Shown here: one piece after another, positions 1-8,947 of the stretch | How positions within the stretch are numbered: position 1 is the first letter of the stretch | Layout of the letters: every line of letters begins with the position of its first letter | From: a virus | Lineage: Duplodnaviria; Caudoviricetes | Virus record (IMG/VR): IMGVR_UViG_3300016471_000316 | Coordinates: 1-58,012 of that record | Length of the DNA: 58,012 nucleotides | Reading direction: 5' to 3' (one strand) | The notes under the pieces: generated by a model | Told to the model about the DNA's origin: nothing | What the model saw: only the letters and a program-made list of their open reading frames with translations | Databases searched by the model: none | Program-made: the position numbers and the translations under genes

Positions 1-21
1 GCCGCAGCAGTTCCCGCGTCT
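1..21. repeat. Terminal direct repeat (assembly overlap), copy 1
   Basis: gccgcagcagttcccgcgtct is identical to 57992-58012. Confidence 0.95.
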
Positions 22-898
22 CTCCGGAGGCCAAAGACTTCTCGCCCTGCGGCATCCCGCATCCAGGCAGATGACCGAGAGCGGCGACCCAGCCAGCGGT
101 CGTCACCGCTCCGATCTGGTGTTGCAGCGCATTCAGGTCATCGTCGGTCTGCTTCTCCGACCATTGCCAGCCAAGCATCGCGTGGATCGGGACAGGCCAG
201 CCGTCCCGCACTCGCTTCGTGACATTCGCTCCCAGGTTGTGGAACGCTTCAGCGAGACGGCTGGTCTGCGGATCGAGCGTGATGTCGAGGCCGCGACCGA
301 CGACCGGGTCGCTGAACGTCGGACTCCAGGCGTCTGGTCCGGTCGAAACGTGGATCCCGACGCTGCCGATGTCGATGGCGCGCGGATCGATGGCGACCGC
401 TACCGGAGACGATACGGGGCCGATCAGCCTCTTCCCGCGAGCAGCCCAGAAAGCCGTCGCCCGCCACTGTCCTGGCCGATCCGGCAGCATCTCGACCAGA
501 TACCCGATGTCGAGACCGCCGTCCGGCGTAGCCGTGCCGTGCATCACTCGCTGCCGCGCATCGTCCGACCATTCGATCCAGCAGACGTCGGTAGGTGGTC
601 GCGCGGTCGCGAGCGATGCGCGCAGGATAGGGGCTGGCGACTCTGCCGCCTCGGTGACGGCCGCGACCATCTCCGGATCGAACCGGAATGCAGTCGCCCG
701 GTCGAGGAGCCGGGCGAGCCGGAACAGCGCAGGACGGGCCGACGGATGCGGTTTCCGCACCGCGCCGACCAAGTTCCTGTCGGTGCGGTGCAGCGCGTTC
801 TGCGTGCGGTCGATCAGAGGTCCTACTGTCTGTCCTCCCGCATCGACGATGCCCATCTCGACCCCTTCAATCGGGGAGACGAACGCTTGTGGCTTCAT
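1..898 (-). CDS. Origin-spanning hypothetical protein, N-terminal part (continues at 57991..57582; ~435 aa total)
   Basis: ATG at 898 overlaps the TGA of ORF 895..1539 (ATGA). The frame is open to base 1 and continues in frame through the circular join into ORF 57582..57884. Not in the supplied ORF track. Confidence 0.8.
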   Translation of the reverse strand, partial: MKPQAFVSPIEGVEMGIVDAGGQTVGPLIDRTQNALHRTDRNLVGAVRKPHPSARPALFRLARLLDRATAFRFDPEMVAAVTEAAESPAPILRASLATARPPTDVCWIEWSDDARQRVMHGTATPDGGLDIGYLVEMLPDRPGQWRATAFWAARGKRLIGPVSSPVAVAIDPRAIDIGSVGIHVSTGPDAWSPTFSDPVVGRGLDITLDPQTSRLAEAFHNLGANVTKRVRDGWPVPIHAMLGWQWSEKQTDDDLNALQHQIGAVTTAGWVAALGHLPGCGMPQGEKSLASGETRELLR

Positions 899-1539
899 GC
901 GATGCCCCCAGGAAACTCGACCCGCGCCTTCTCCGCGTCCGAGAGGTGAGCGTAACCGCCAAGCGATATGGTTTCGGTGCCTTGCAGCGCGTGGCGGATC
1001 ATCGCATCGCGAGCCGGAACGGTGAGCCTGAGCCAGACCCGTCCTTTCTGCCTCGGAGAGACTGAGATCCGCTCGACGCGGATCAGTTCCCAGCCGCCGC
1101 TCGCGTCCCGCCGGAAGCCGAATCGCGTCCCCACGCCCGAGTACTTGTAGGCGCTCGCGTCGGGACCGCCCGACTGCTCCCAGATTTCGCATCCCGCGCG
1201 ATCTTTCTGAGGCACTCCGCGCTTTTCGAGATCGCGTTCCGCCTCGCGCACCCGGTGCCACGCATCGGAAGCCGACAGCGTGAATGACCGCGCTGTTCCG
1301 TTGGCTTCTGCGAATGCCTCGTTCATCTCAGGCCATGTCTGGAGGCCAATCGCAGCAGCCCCGGCAGCAGCGGAGATGTGGGCATCCTTGACGGTTTTCA
1401 GCGTAGCCTTCGATCCGGCGTCAGTCAGGTGTCCGAGACGAGCCTGCGCCGTCTCCCAGTTCGCGTTCGCGCGATCCGCGTGCGCGCTTGCCTTGATGAA
1501 CTTCGCAGTGAACTTCGGGGTTTTCTTTGCTTTCTTCAT
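895..1539 (-). CDS. Hypothetical early protein (214 aa)
   Basis: GGAGA SD upstream of ATG; stop is translationally coupled to the next gene. Confidence 0.75.
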   Translation of the reverse strand: MKKAKKTPKFTAKFIKASAHADRANANWETAQARLGHLTDAGSKATLKTVKDAHISAAAGAAAIGLQTWPEMNEAFAEANGTARSFTLSASDAWHRVREAERDLEKRGVPQKDRAGCEIWEQSGGPDASAYKYSGVGTRFGFRRDASGGWELIRVERISVSPRQKGRVWLRLTVPARDAMIRHALQGTETISLGGYAHLSDAEKARVEFPGGIA

Positions 1540-1591
1540 CGTCGTTCTCCGTGTCAGGTGGGCGGGCGGCGCGGTGCGCCGCCCTGGGGGG

Positions 1592-1828
1592 TCAGCGGTC
1601 GGTCGCGGGGAGGATCAAGCCATCGGCGTCCACGATGACCGGCTGGGGAAGCGCATCGAGGAACGCGATCTGGAACGCGGCGTATTCGAGCGTCCCCTTG
1701 GCGAACCCGGCGGCGACCGCCTCGGGCATCGACCCGATGAACTTCGTGCCGGGGACCATCTGGGCGGCGCGGGCGAGGCCCGCCTCGAAGGCAACCTTAA
1801 GGTTCTGCATCTCGGTTTCGGAAATCAT
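1592..1828 (-). CDS. Hypothetical early protein (78 aa)
   Basis: AGGAG SD at 1836-1840; MISETEMQNLK... start; directly downstream of the promoter motif. Confidence 0.7.
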   Translation of the reverse strand: MISETEMQNLKVAFEAGLARAAQMVPGTKFIGSMPEAVAAGFAKGTLEYAAFQIAFLDALPQPVIVDADGLILPATDR

Positions 1829-1866
1829 CTGGCGTCTCCTTGTGGGGCGGTATTGCCGTGGGAGTG

Positions 1867-1897
1867 ATATTATATTCTCGGGAGTGATTTGCAAGCG
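1867..1897 (-). promoter_or_regulatory. Early promoter 1 (TTGCAA-N16-TAATAT), overlapped by a GGGAGTGAT direct repeat
   Basis: CGCTTGCA motif is shared with three other island starts; gggagtgat occurs at 1860-1868 and 1880-1888. Confidence 0.7.
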
Positions 1898-2127
1898 GAA
1901 TATCTCGGCCATGACAACCTTCTGCCGTCGGAGCGCCTGACCTGGGTCAGCCTGGGCGATGCCAGCCAAATCTCGCCTAGGATGCCAGCCAGGGCCGGAA
2001 ATCCGGCCCTACAGAAGCGAGACATCGGTCGGTGGGCGTGCCATGATAGATATGGCTTTCCCCCTGCCCTGCGCGATCTGGCGGAACGGGATGGGGCTTC
2101 CTGCCACTTCCCTGCCTCGGGGGCTTA

Positions 2128-3243
2128 ATGCTCTGTTGCTCCTCTGCCCACATTAGCCCGGCCCTGGTTCCCGTCCGAAAGGCTGCGGACCCGGCAACGG
2201 CTGAAATCGAGGCCCTCGCCAGCCGCCTTGAGCCGCAGCTTGCCCAGACTATCCTGGCCGGGCTGAACGCGATGGCTAATGCGGTCGATGTCGACGGCAT
2301 CTTGGCTGCGCTGCAGACGGGCGACATAGCCAAAGTCCTGGCGGCGCTAGGAATCGACCCGGAAGCCGCGTTCGTTAACCTGCAGCCGATCCTGCTCGAC
2401 GGGGTCTACGGTGGCGCGGCAGCGGCGGCGACTCAGATCCGATTGACGAATGCTACGTTCGGTTTCAACCGTCTCAACCCGCGCCTGATTTCCTGGCTGC
2501 AGACCTATCACCTGGGCCTGATCCGCGAGATCGGGGATTCGACGAAGGAAGCCGTCCGGACCCTGCTTATTGACGGGATGACAAAAGGCCAAGGCCCGCG
2601 TCAGACCGCCGTGCGGATCAAGGAGGTCGTCGGGCTGACCGAACGACAGGCCAGAGCGGTCAGCAATTTCCGCACAGAACTTGAGACCTTCCACGAACGC
2701 CGCACTGGCGGCGGCTATCGTCTCGGAGCGAAGATTGATCGCGTGAACGGTTTCCAGGTCCTGAAACCAGATGCGGATGGAAAGCCGAGCGATGGGATCA
2801 CCGAACGACGTCTCCGCGACTTTCGTTTCGACGGGCAATTGAAACGCGCAGTCGAGACCGGCACGCCACTCAAGCCAGCGCAGATCGACAAAATGGTCGC
2901 GGCGTATCAGCGCAAATACCTCGCGTTCCGCGCCCGCACCATCGCGCGCACGGAAGCCTTGCGAACCACCAACGTCGGGGTGCAAGATGCCTGGAGACAA
3001 GCCATCGAGGCCGGAAAGATCGCTGAGACGCAAGTCAGGCGGATGTGGATCGTGGCACGGGATGAGCGGCTCTGTTCTGTGTGCGCGCCTATCCCTGGTC
3101 TGAACCCCAAACGCGGCGTCAAGTTCGATCAGCCTTTCGCGACTCCAAACGGCCCGTGGAATCTTCCGCCGATCCATCCCAACTGCCGCTGCACGGTATC
3201 GATTCGGCAATGGGAACCATCTCAACTCTCAGCAGGACGATGA
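2128..3243 (+). CDS. Phage head morphogenesis protein (Mu gpF / SPP1 gp7-like, MuF)
   Basis: RARTIARTE, W...DER.C..C and PPIHPNCRC motifs. Confidence 0.9.
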   Translation: MLCCSSAHISPALVPVRKAADPATAEIEALASRLEPQLAQTILAGLNAMANAVDVDGILAALQTGDIAKVLAALGIDPEAAFVNLQPILLDGVYGGAAAAATQIRLTNATFGFNRLNPRLISWLQTYHLGLIREIGDSTKEAVRTLLIDGMTKGQGPRQTAVRIKEVVGLTERQARAVSNFRTELETFHERRTGGGYRLGAKIDRVNGFQVLKPDADGKPSDGITERRLRDFRFDGQLKRAVETGTPLKPAQIDKMVAAYQRKYLAFRARTIARTEALRTTNVGVQDAWRQAIEAGKIAETQVRRMWIVARDERLCSVCAPIPGLNPKRGVKFDQPFATPNGPWNLPPIHPNCRCTVSIRQWEPSQLSAGR

Positions 3244-3332
3244 TCATGACCTCTGTTCTCAACAGGCTCGAAACCCTCAATGCCCGCATCAGCTAAACGC
3301 TGGATCTGGTCGAAAAGGCCAATGGGAGATGA
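3240..3332 (+). pseudogene. Degenerate leader of a lost head-cargo gene
   Basis: ATGA-coupled to MuF; reads MIMTSVLNRLETLNARIS*TLDLVEKANGR* with an internal TAA; resembles the leader of ORF 3594. Confidence 0.35.
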
Positions 3333-3401
3333 CCCACAGGCTCGTCGCCGTGGAGCAACTGGCGCAGTCGAGGTTCAAGAACGGGAAATTCTACGGATGA
3401 C

Positions 3402-3617
3402 TCAAGGCGTCGTGCGGTATACCGCCGAAGCCAGCAGTCGAATCACCTGCGCAGTAGATCGAAGCGCCGTTTCTGTCGTCGGTGACATCGCCCGCTCGGC
3501 AAGCGAATCGATCCGTTCGCAGATTTCGATCAGTTCTCGATAGACCGAAAGCCCGGACAAGTCCCTGAACCCGCGATCCATTTGTGAGGCATCGTGAACG
3601 CTTTCGTCCATCGTCAT
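3402..3617 (-). CDS. Small helical hypothetical protein, antisense within the head module
   Basis: Amphipathic sequence (VYRELIEICERIDSLAERAM...) filling an otherwise empty gap; overlaps the start of ORF 3594. Confidence 0.4.
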   Translation of the reverse strand: MTMDESVHDASQMDRGFRDLSGLSVYRELIEICERIDSLAERAMSPTTETALRSTAQVIRLLASAVYRTTP

Positions 3618-4124
3618 CTCGCTATTCGTATTGCGCGCTTGTCGGCTGGTGCTGCCGCGCTCGATGTCAGGCTGGCTAAGTCGACCAGCGATTCTCACAC
3701 GCCTCCTCAAGCGGTGCAATCCGCCGCAGCGCGGGGGCTGGAACTGCGTCGGAAGTGGAAGCGTGGAGGATTATCGAACGCTGAAGCGTCCGCGAGCGGT
3801 ATCGGGAGCGGAGTGCAGCGTGCGACGAACCTCAAGAACGGCGACGCAATTTCGACGGCGACACTGAGGATGATGCGAGCATTCTTCTCGCGGCACCAGA
3901 AGAACTACGCCCCGGACAAGCGCGAAGCTGACGGAGGTCCGACCGCTGGAACGATCGCGTGGCTCTTGTGGGGAGGGAACGCTGGCAAGGCATGGTCGAA
4001 CTCCGTCCTTGGCCGAATCGAAAAGTCAGAAGTCTCAGACGTTCACGTTCCGTCTGCGGAATGGGACGCCACCAAGCCAACAGGTCGCCGCAAGCGCAAG
4101 CGTGCGCTTGTCTCCACCTATTGA
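3594..4124 (+). CDS. Head-module protein with an uncharacterised phage domain (A..GL..R...G..RA..L..G...RM..FF.RH...IAW.LWGG.AG..W)
   Basis: This motif pattern is often fused to phage portal/MuF proteins; GAGG SD; lies between MuF and the protease gene. Confidence 0.75.
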   Translation: MNAFVHRHLAIRIARLSAGAAALDVRLAKSTSDSHTPPQAVQSAAARGLELRRKWKRGGLSNAEASASGIGSGVQRATNLKNGDAISTATLRMMRAFFSRHQKNYAPDKREADGGPTAGTIAWLLWGGNAGKAWSNSVLGRIEKSEVSDVHVPSAEWDATKPTGRRKRKRALVSTY

Positions 4125-4134
4125 GGATTGAGCG

Positions 4135-7100
4135 ATGCCATATTCGTCCATCGCGGACCTTCCCGAGTCTGTCCGTAACGCTCTCCCGGCTGACGCACAG
4201 CGCCGATTCATGGCTGTGGCTAATGCTTACCTCGCAGACAAGAAGCCTGATTCGCAAGCCATGGCGGCTGCTTGGAAGGTGGTCAGCAATGGATGGGAGA
4301 AGGGTAAGGATGGCAAATGGCACCGCAAGCGTGGGCTTGACTCTGCGGTTGCGCGAGCGGGCATTCGCAAACTTCTGGACCGCATCAATAAGACTGGCGG
4401 AAAGAAGTCGACGCCAGGATCCACATTCGCCAATCGCTGGCCTGCAGGCAATCCGAAGGGCGGGCAATTTGCGCCGAAAGCAGGGGGCGGAAGCTCCGCG
4501 CAGCAGTCCACGTTCTCGGGTGCAAGTTCCTGGTCAGGCGGGGCCAGTCTTGCGTCGAAGTTCTGGGTTCCTGGGTCTGGCATTTCCGCAGGGTCGATGA
4601 CGTCGCCCGCGAAGCCTCCTGGACCGCCGCCCGGAGCAAAGCCGCATCCACGCAAGGACGATAAGGGGAACCCGGTCACCGTCAACTATCCGACCAAGCC
4701 CAGCGATCCGTCTACCTGGGCGGATGCCACCAAAACAGCAACGTTCGTCCCAGGAGGGAAAACGCCCGGTTCGCTCAATGGCGTTCGCATGGAGAGTTGG
4801 GACGCTCCGAAATCCTTGGATGGTTGGAAGAGTGTTGCAGGTACTAAGCCTGACCTCGACGGTATTCCTTTCGATGCTCCAGAGGGCAAGAGCATTGGTG
4901 CTGGGGTGCTGGTCGTCGAGCCCGATGGGCGCATTTGGCTGACACGACCGACGAACTCCTACGGTGGCTACAACAACACGTTCCCTAAGGGAACGGTCGA
5001 GCAGGGATTGACGCTACAACAGAGTGCCATCAAAGAAGCTTTCGAGGAGACTGGTCTGCGCGTCGAAATCACTGGCATGCTGGGCGATTACGAACGCGAC
5101 ACCTCTGTCGCCCGCATGTTTGTCGCACGGCGCGTCGGAGGAACTCCGCGAGACATGGGATGGGAATCGCAGGGAGTTCGTCTTGCGACGTTCGATGATG
5201 CCGCCGAACTGCTCAATCGCACACACGACAAGGGGATCCTTGGTGGACTGCGCGACGAACTTGAAGCAGTTGGAATGCTGCAGCCTAAGATCAAAAAGGC
5301 CGCATACGAGAAGCAGCCCAGATGGCCTGCTGGATCCCCAATTGGCGGTCAATGGAAGACGTATGATGCAAACGGCCTCGTCCAGCCACCTAAGATCGGT
5401 GTACCTGGGAAGAAATGGTATCAGCAGCAAGTCGATTCGCTATATCGCATGGCAACCGCTGGCGATATCGACGGGGTGCGGAAAGTCTTAGCCGCGAAAC
5501 AAGCGCACCTCGATAAGATAACCGCCATTCAGGCAGAAGGAAAGCCTATCAACCTCACCTGGAAATGGGCGGCGGCAGTCCCTTATTACGCTAAGGAACT
5601 GCTTGCGAACATCACGGCGAAAACGAAAGCCCAAGCGAGTGCCGATGCCATCAACGGTCCGGTGCCGCTCTCGTCGCTCACCAAGGTAGGACCGAAGCCT
5701 GGAGGATCCAATCCAGGTGCGATGTATCAGAATTCATCGGGCGAAAAAGTTCTCGTCAAGGGATCCAACGCTTCATCGCTTGGGCCTGCGGAAGTCGAGA
5801 AGCGGTCTCGCAACGAAGTCCTCGCCTCGAAGCTTATGGCCGCGACTGGATTGGCTGCACCGGAAATGACCCTGGTCGACCTGCAGGGGCAGCATGGCGG
5901 CGGCATCGGCGTCGCCTCGAAATGGGCGGCAGGACTCAAGCCGCTCGGGAAAAACGCGAATGATGTCGCTGCGGCTCAAGCCGACTTCGCTGTCCATGCG
6001 TGGCTCGGCAATTACGATGCTATCGGATCCGAACGTGACAACACTCTGATCACTCCGGATGGAAAAGCGATCTGCATCGACCCTGGTGGGTCAATGAAGT
6101 ATCGCGCACAGGGCAAGGAGAAGCCCTTCACGAACTCTGCCGTTGAGTTCGACTCGATGCGTGATCCGAAGATCAACGCAATGGCCGCATCTGTCTACGG
6201 ATCGATGACGGCTTCTCAGATTGAAGCGTCTGCGAAGAAACTCGCGTCAATCGACAACGAAACAATCGCAAAACTCTGCGCATCTTATGGTCCTGGAACT
6301 CCCGCAGAGCGAGCCAATCTCGCGGTTACTCTAATGGAACGACGCAAGGATATTCTGAAGCGGGTGGCGGCGCTAACTGCTGGGTCTGTGGCATTACCGC
6401 AGCCTGACAAAGCTGAACCGGCTGATGAGAAAAAGCAGCAGTCGGATGTTAAAGCAATTCAGGCAGAGCCTCCCGCGAAACAACCAGTCCCTAAACAGGC
6501 TGTCTCTTTGTCGATCCCGGCCTTCGTCGAAACCTTTCCAGGTGCTCTGGATGTTTACAACAAAAAAGCATCGATGGCGGTGAAAGCGTATACGACTAAG
6601 AACTTGGCGTGGCTGGAAAAGGTCGTGGCAGCTCCGTTCGCCGCCACAGAGAACGGCAAGAAAATGCAGGCGTTTATTGAGCCGATGATAGCTGACCTCA
6701 AAGGCAGCAGACTGAAAGCCGCAGAAGCGAAAATCGCTCCTGTCGTCAACGTGCCTTCCGTTGGTGTTGCGACGAGCACAAGTAAAGCGGCCATGCCTGA
6801 CCCCAACAAGTTCAAGAAGCAGATCGCATCGAACGAGAATGCGACAACCGCTGGGTACAAGCAGACGCACAACAAGAAGATTGATGTGCTGTCGAACCTC
6901 GCAAAGTCCGGAGATGTAAAGGGGATTTTGTCCCTGTCGTATGCGGGGAATGCGACGTTCGGACAGGTACAGATCAAGTACGCCAACGACATTCTCGCCG
7001 CGCTCGGATCAGATCTGAAAGTCGGCGTTCAGAAGTCACTGTCGCATCCCGCTCTTGCTGCCGCTGGTATACAGAAGCCAGCGCAGATTGCGACACCTCC

Positions 7101-8319
7101 AGCCGCTTCACCAGTTAAAGGCGCAGCCCCTGCGGCCGCTGCACCTTCGCAGCCATGGCTGAAGGTGCGAGCTGGTGAAACGGTCATCGAGCAAGGCGAG
7201 AAATTCGGTGTCGAATACGCCATCGTTCAGAAGCCGCCCAAAGGATTCGACGCATCGAAGATCCCAACGCCTCCAGACTTTTTCACAAACGGGTCGCAGG
7301 GGCCGAACAACAAATGGAAGTCGTCGAGCGAAGCGGTCAACAAGGCAAACAACGAAGCCGTCTTCCTCATTCAGCAAACGGCGCTAACGCAGAAGACTCC
7401 AGATGCCGTTGCAAATCTGCAGTTCAATCAGATTTCGAAGGAAACCGGAGCGCCTACGGGACAGAAGCTTCCGTTCTCTCAGCATCCATCTGCGCTAGTG
7501 AAGGAGTATTGGTCGAATGTCGAGTCGGAACTAAAGGCTCAGTTAGCGACGACGACAAAGACCTACCACAATGGGTCGTTCTCAGCAGGATATGCCCAGG
7601 CAGCGGCTCAACTGGCTGCGCTGCACAAGACTGTGTCTTATGCGGACTTCTCGATACACACACAAAAAGCTGCGGATTACCTCGTCCTTTCGAAGAACGC
7701 TTCAGCATCTCTTAGCGTACCGGAGAAAGGATCGTTCGTTGAGTTCGACAAAAAACAGAACTCTGAGATCCATTTCAAGTTCAAGAAAGAAAGCGATGCC
7801 GCAATAGCAAAGCTGACGTCGGCTCAGGAGTCCGCCATCAGGCAATACACGGGCAGTTCATACGATAATATGAATGCCGCGTTGCGACTCGGAAACACGA
7901 ATTCAAGTTCATGGGCCAAAGCACAGACCATGGTCAAAGCCTTTAAGAAGGCAGCCGTAGAGATCCCAGAGGGGACAATCATCTGGCGAGGTCTGAGCGT
8001 AGGACAATCGATCTATGAAAGCGTGACCGGCGGTATCATCCAGGACGGATCATTCAACTCCGCCTCGTACGGCGAGAGGCCACGCGGGCCTGGAGCGAGT
8101 TCACCGACATGGCTGCGGATCCATATCCCGAAAGGAGTCAAAGGCCTCAACGTCACGTCGATCTCAAATTACGGAGAACAAGAGCATGAGATCGTCATTC
8201 AGAACAACGTCAAGTATGCAGTCCTGAAGGTGGAGAAACATGATAAATGGGTAGATTCGAAGGGGGACTCGCATGGCAGTCGGACAATCGTTGACGTCAT
8301 TGCGCTTCCTCACGATTGA
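4135..8319 (+). CDS. Multidomain protein (1394 aa): ChaB + Nudix hydrolase + HipA/PI3K-like kinase + VIP2-type ADP-ribosyltransferase
   Basis: ChaB: MPYSSIADLPESVRNALP..AQ..F...AW..V...W. Nudix box: PKGTVEQGLTLQQSAIKEAFEETGL. Kinase: GGSNPG..Y....VLVK, NEVLASKL, WLGNYD, DN, IDPGG. ART: AIRQYTG..Y..MN..LR, WRG, FNSAS, EHE. Confidence 0.85.
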   Translation: MPYSSIADLPESVRNALPADAQRRFMAVANAYLADKKPDSQAMAAAWKVVSNGWEKGKDGKWHRKRGLDSAVARAGIRKLLDRINKTGGKKSTPGSTFANRWPAGNPKGGQFAPKAGGGSSAQQSTFSGASSWSGGASLASKFWVPGSGISAGSMTSPAKPPGPPPGAKPHPRKDDKGNPVTVNYPTKPSDPSTWADATKTATFVPGGKTPGSLNGVRMESWDAPKSLDGWKSVAGTKPDLDGIPFDAPEGKSIGAGVLVVEPDGRIWLTRPTNSYGGYNNTFPKGTVEQGLTLQQSAIKEAFEETGLRVEITGMLGDYERDTSVARMFVARRVGGTPRDMGWESQGVRLATFDDAAELLNRTHDKGILGGLRDELEAVGMLQPKIKKAAYEKQPRWPAGSPIGGQWKTYDANGLVQPPKIGVPGKKWYQQQVDSLYRMATAGDIDGVRKVLAAKQAHLDKITAIQAEGKPINLTWKWAAAVPYYAKELLANITAKTKAQASADAINGPVPLSSLTKVGPKPGGSNPGAMYQNSSGEKVLVKGSNASSLGPAEVEKRSRNEVLASKLMAATGLAAPEMTLVDLQGQHGGGIGVASKWAAGLKPLGKNANDVAAAQADFAVHAWLGNYDAIGSERDNTLITPDGKAICIDPGGSMKYRAQGKEKPFTNSAVEFDSMRDPKINAMAASVYGSMTASQIEASAKKLASIDNETIAKLCASYGPGTPAERANLAVTLMERRKDILKRVAALTAGSVALPQPDKAEPADEKKQQSDVKAIQAEPPAKQPVPKQAVSLSIPAFVETFPGALDVYNKKASMAVKAYTTKNLAWLEKVVAAPFAATENGKKMQAFIEPMIADLKGSRLKAAEAKIAPVVNVPSVGVATSTSKAAMPDPNKFKKQIASNENATTAGYKQTHNKKIDVLSNLAKSGDVKGILSLSYAGNATFGQVQIKYANDILAALGSDLKVGVQKSLSHPALAAAGIQKPAQIATPPAASPVKGAAPAAAAPSQPWLKVRAGETVIEQGEKFGVEYAIVQKPPKGFDASKIPTPPDFFTNGSQGPNNKWKSSSEAVNKANNEAVFLIQQTALTQKTPDAVANLQFNQISKETGAPTGQKLPFSQHPSALVKEYWSNVESELKAQLATTTKTYHNGSFSAGYAQAAAQLAALHKTVSYADFSIHTQKAADYLVLSKNASASLSVPEKGSFVEFDKKQNSEIHFKFKKESDAAIAKLTSAQESAIRQYTGSSYDNMNAALRLGNTNSSSWAKAQTMVKAFKKAAVEIPEGTIIWRGLSVGQSIYESVTGGIIQDGSFNSASYGERPRGPGASSPTWLRIHIPKGVKGLNVTSISNYGEQEHEIVIQNNVKYAVLKVEKHDKWVDSKGDSHGSRTIVDVIALPHD

Positions 8320-8353
8320 GCCGAAACTCTGAAAGTTTCATGAGGTGGGACGA

Positions 8354-8905
8354 ATGACCAGTGAACGCTTGTTTGCCAGAGCCATCGGGAAGATGCACAC
8401 CGACGCAACAGGTGTCGTCGGGCCTAACCCGGACAACGATCCACCGTGGCTGAATGCTCTCGGAGAGGTCGACGGAATCGTTCGCGTTTTCGCATCCGAG
8501 ATGTTGAAGCGTTTGGCTGATCCTGATGCGAAGGCATTCAACGACTGGGTCGCGTCCGAGTGCCTGCGCCTCAATACCCTGTTCCTGGGATACGAGCCGG
8601 GCGAGCAATCGTATGACGGATGGAAGCGTGGTCCGTGGAACACCCCGCTATCGCTCGGATCGTTCGCTCGCACACTCTATATCCCGGCAGATGAAGATGA
8701 TCGCTTCGCCGTCCGTGACCTGTTCATGGCTTATGCGGCCGAAATCGCCGGTATCGTTATTCAGCATCAGGGCGAGCCGGTCGAGCGATGGGGTGATGAG
8801 ATGTCTGCGCCTACCGAACGCATCGTTCGTGCGCTGCTCGGGTTCCCGCCTGGGAACGATTCTGATATCGAGGGGATCAGCCCGATACTCTATCGCATCG
8901 AATAA
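8354..8905 (+). CDS. Acidic hypothetical protein, possible immunity/partner of the upstream effector
   Basis: GAGGTG SD; immediately follows the ART-terminated gene; function inferred from position only. Confidence 0.65.
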   Translation: MTSERLFARAIGKMHTDATGVVGPNPDNDPPWLNALGEVDGIVRVFASEMLKRLADPDAKAFNDWVASECLRLNTLFLGYEPGEQSYDGWKRGPWNTPLSLGSFARTLYIPADEDDRFAVRDLFMAYAAEIAGIVIQHQGEPVERWGDEMSAPTERIVRALLGFPPGNDSDIEGISPILYRIE

Positions 8906-8947
8906 TGCCGCAGGAGTGGCATCCGCGACGCCTTTCAGGAGCCTCAC

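Noticed and set aside
71-1065. Long plus-strand ORFs 71..949 and 219..1025
   Set aside because: They are shadow frames of the coupled minus-strand genes, with Arg/Pro/Ser-rich composition and no motifs.
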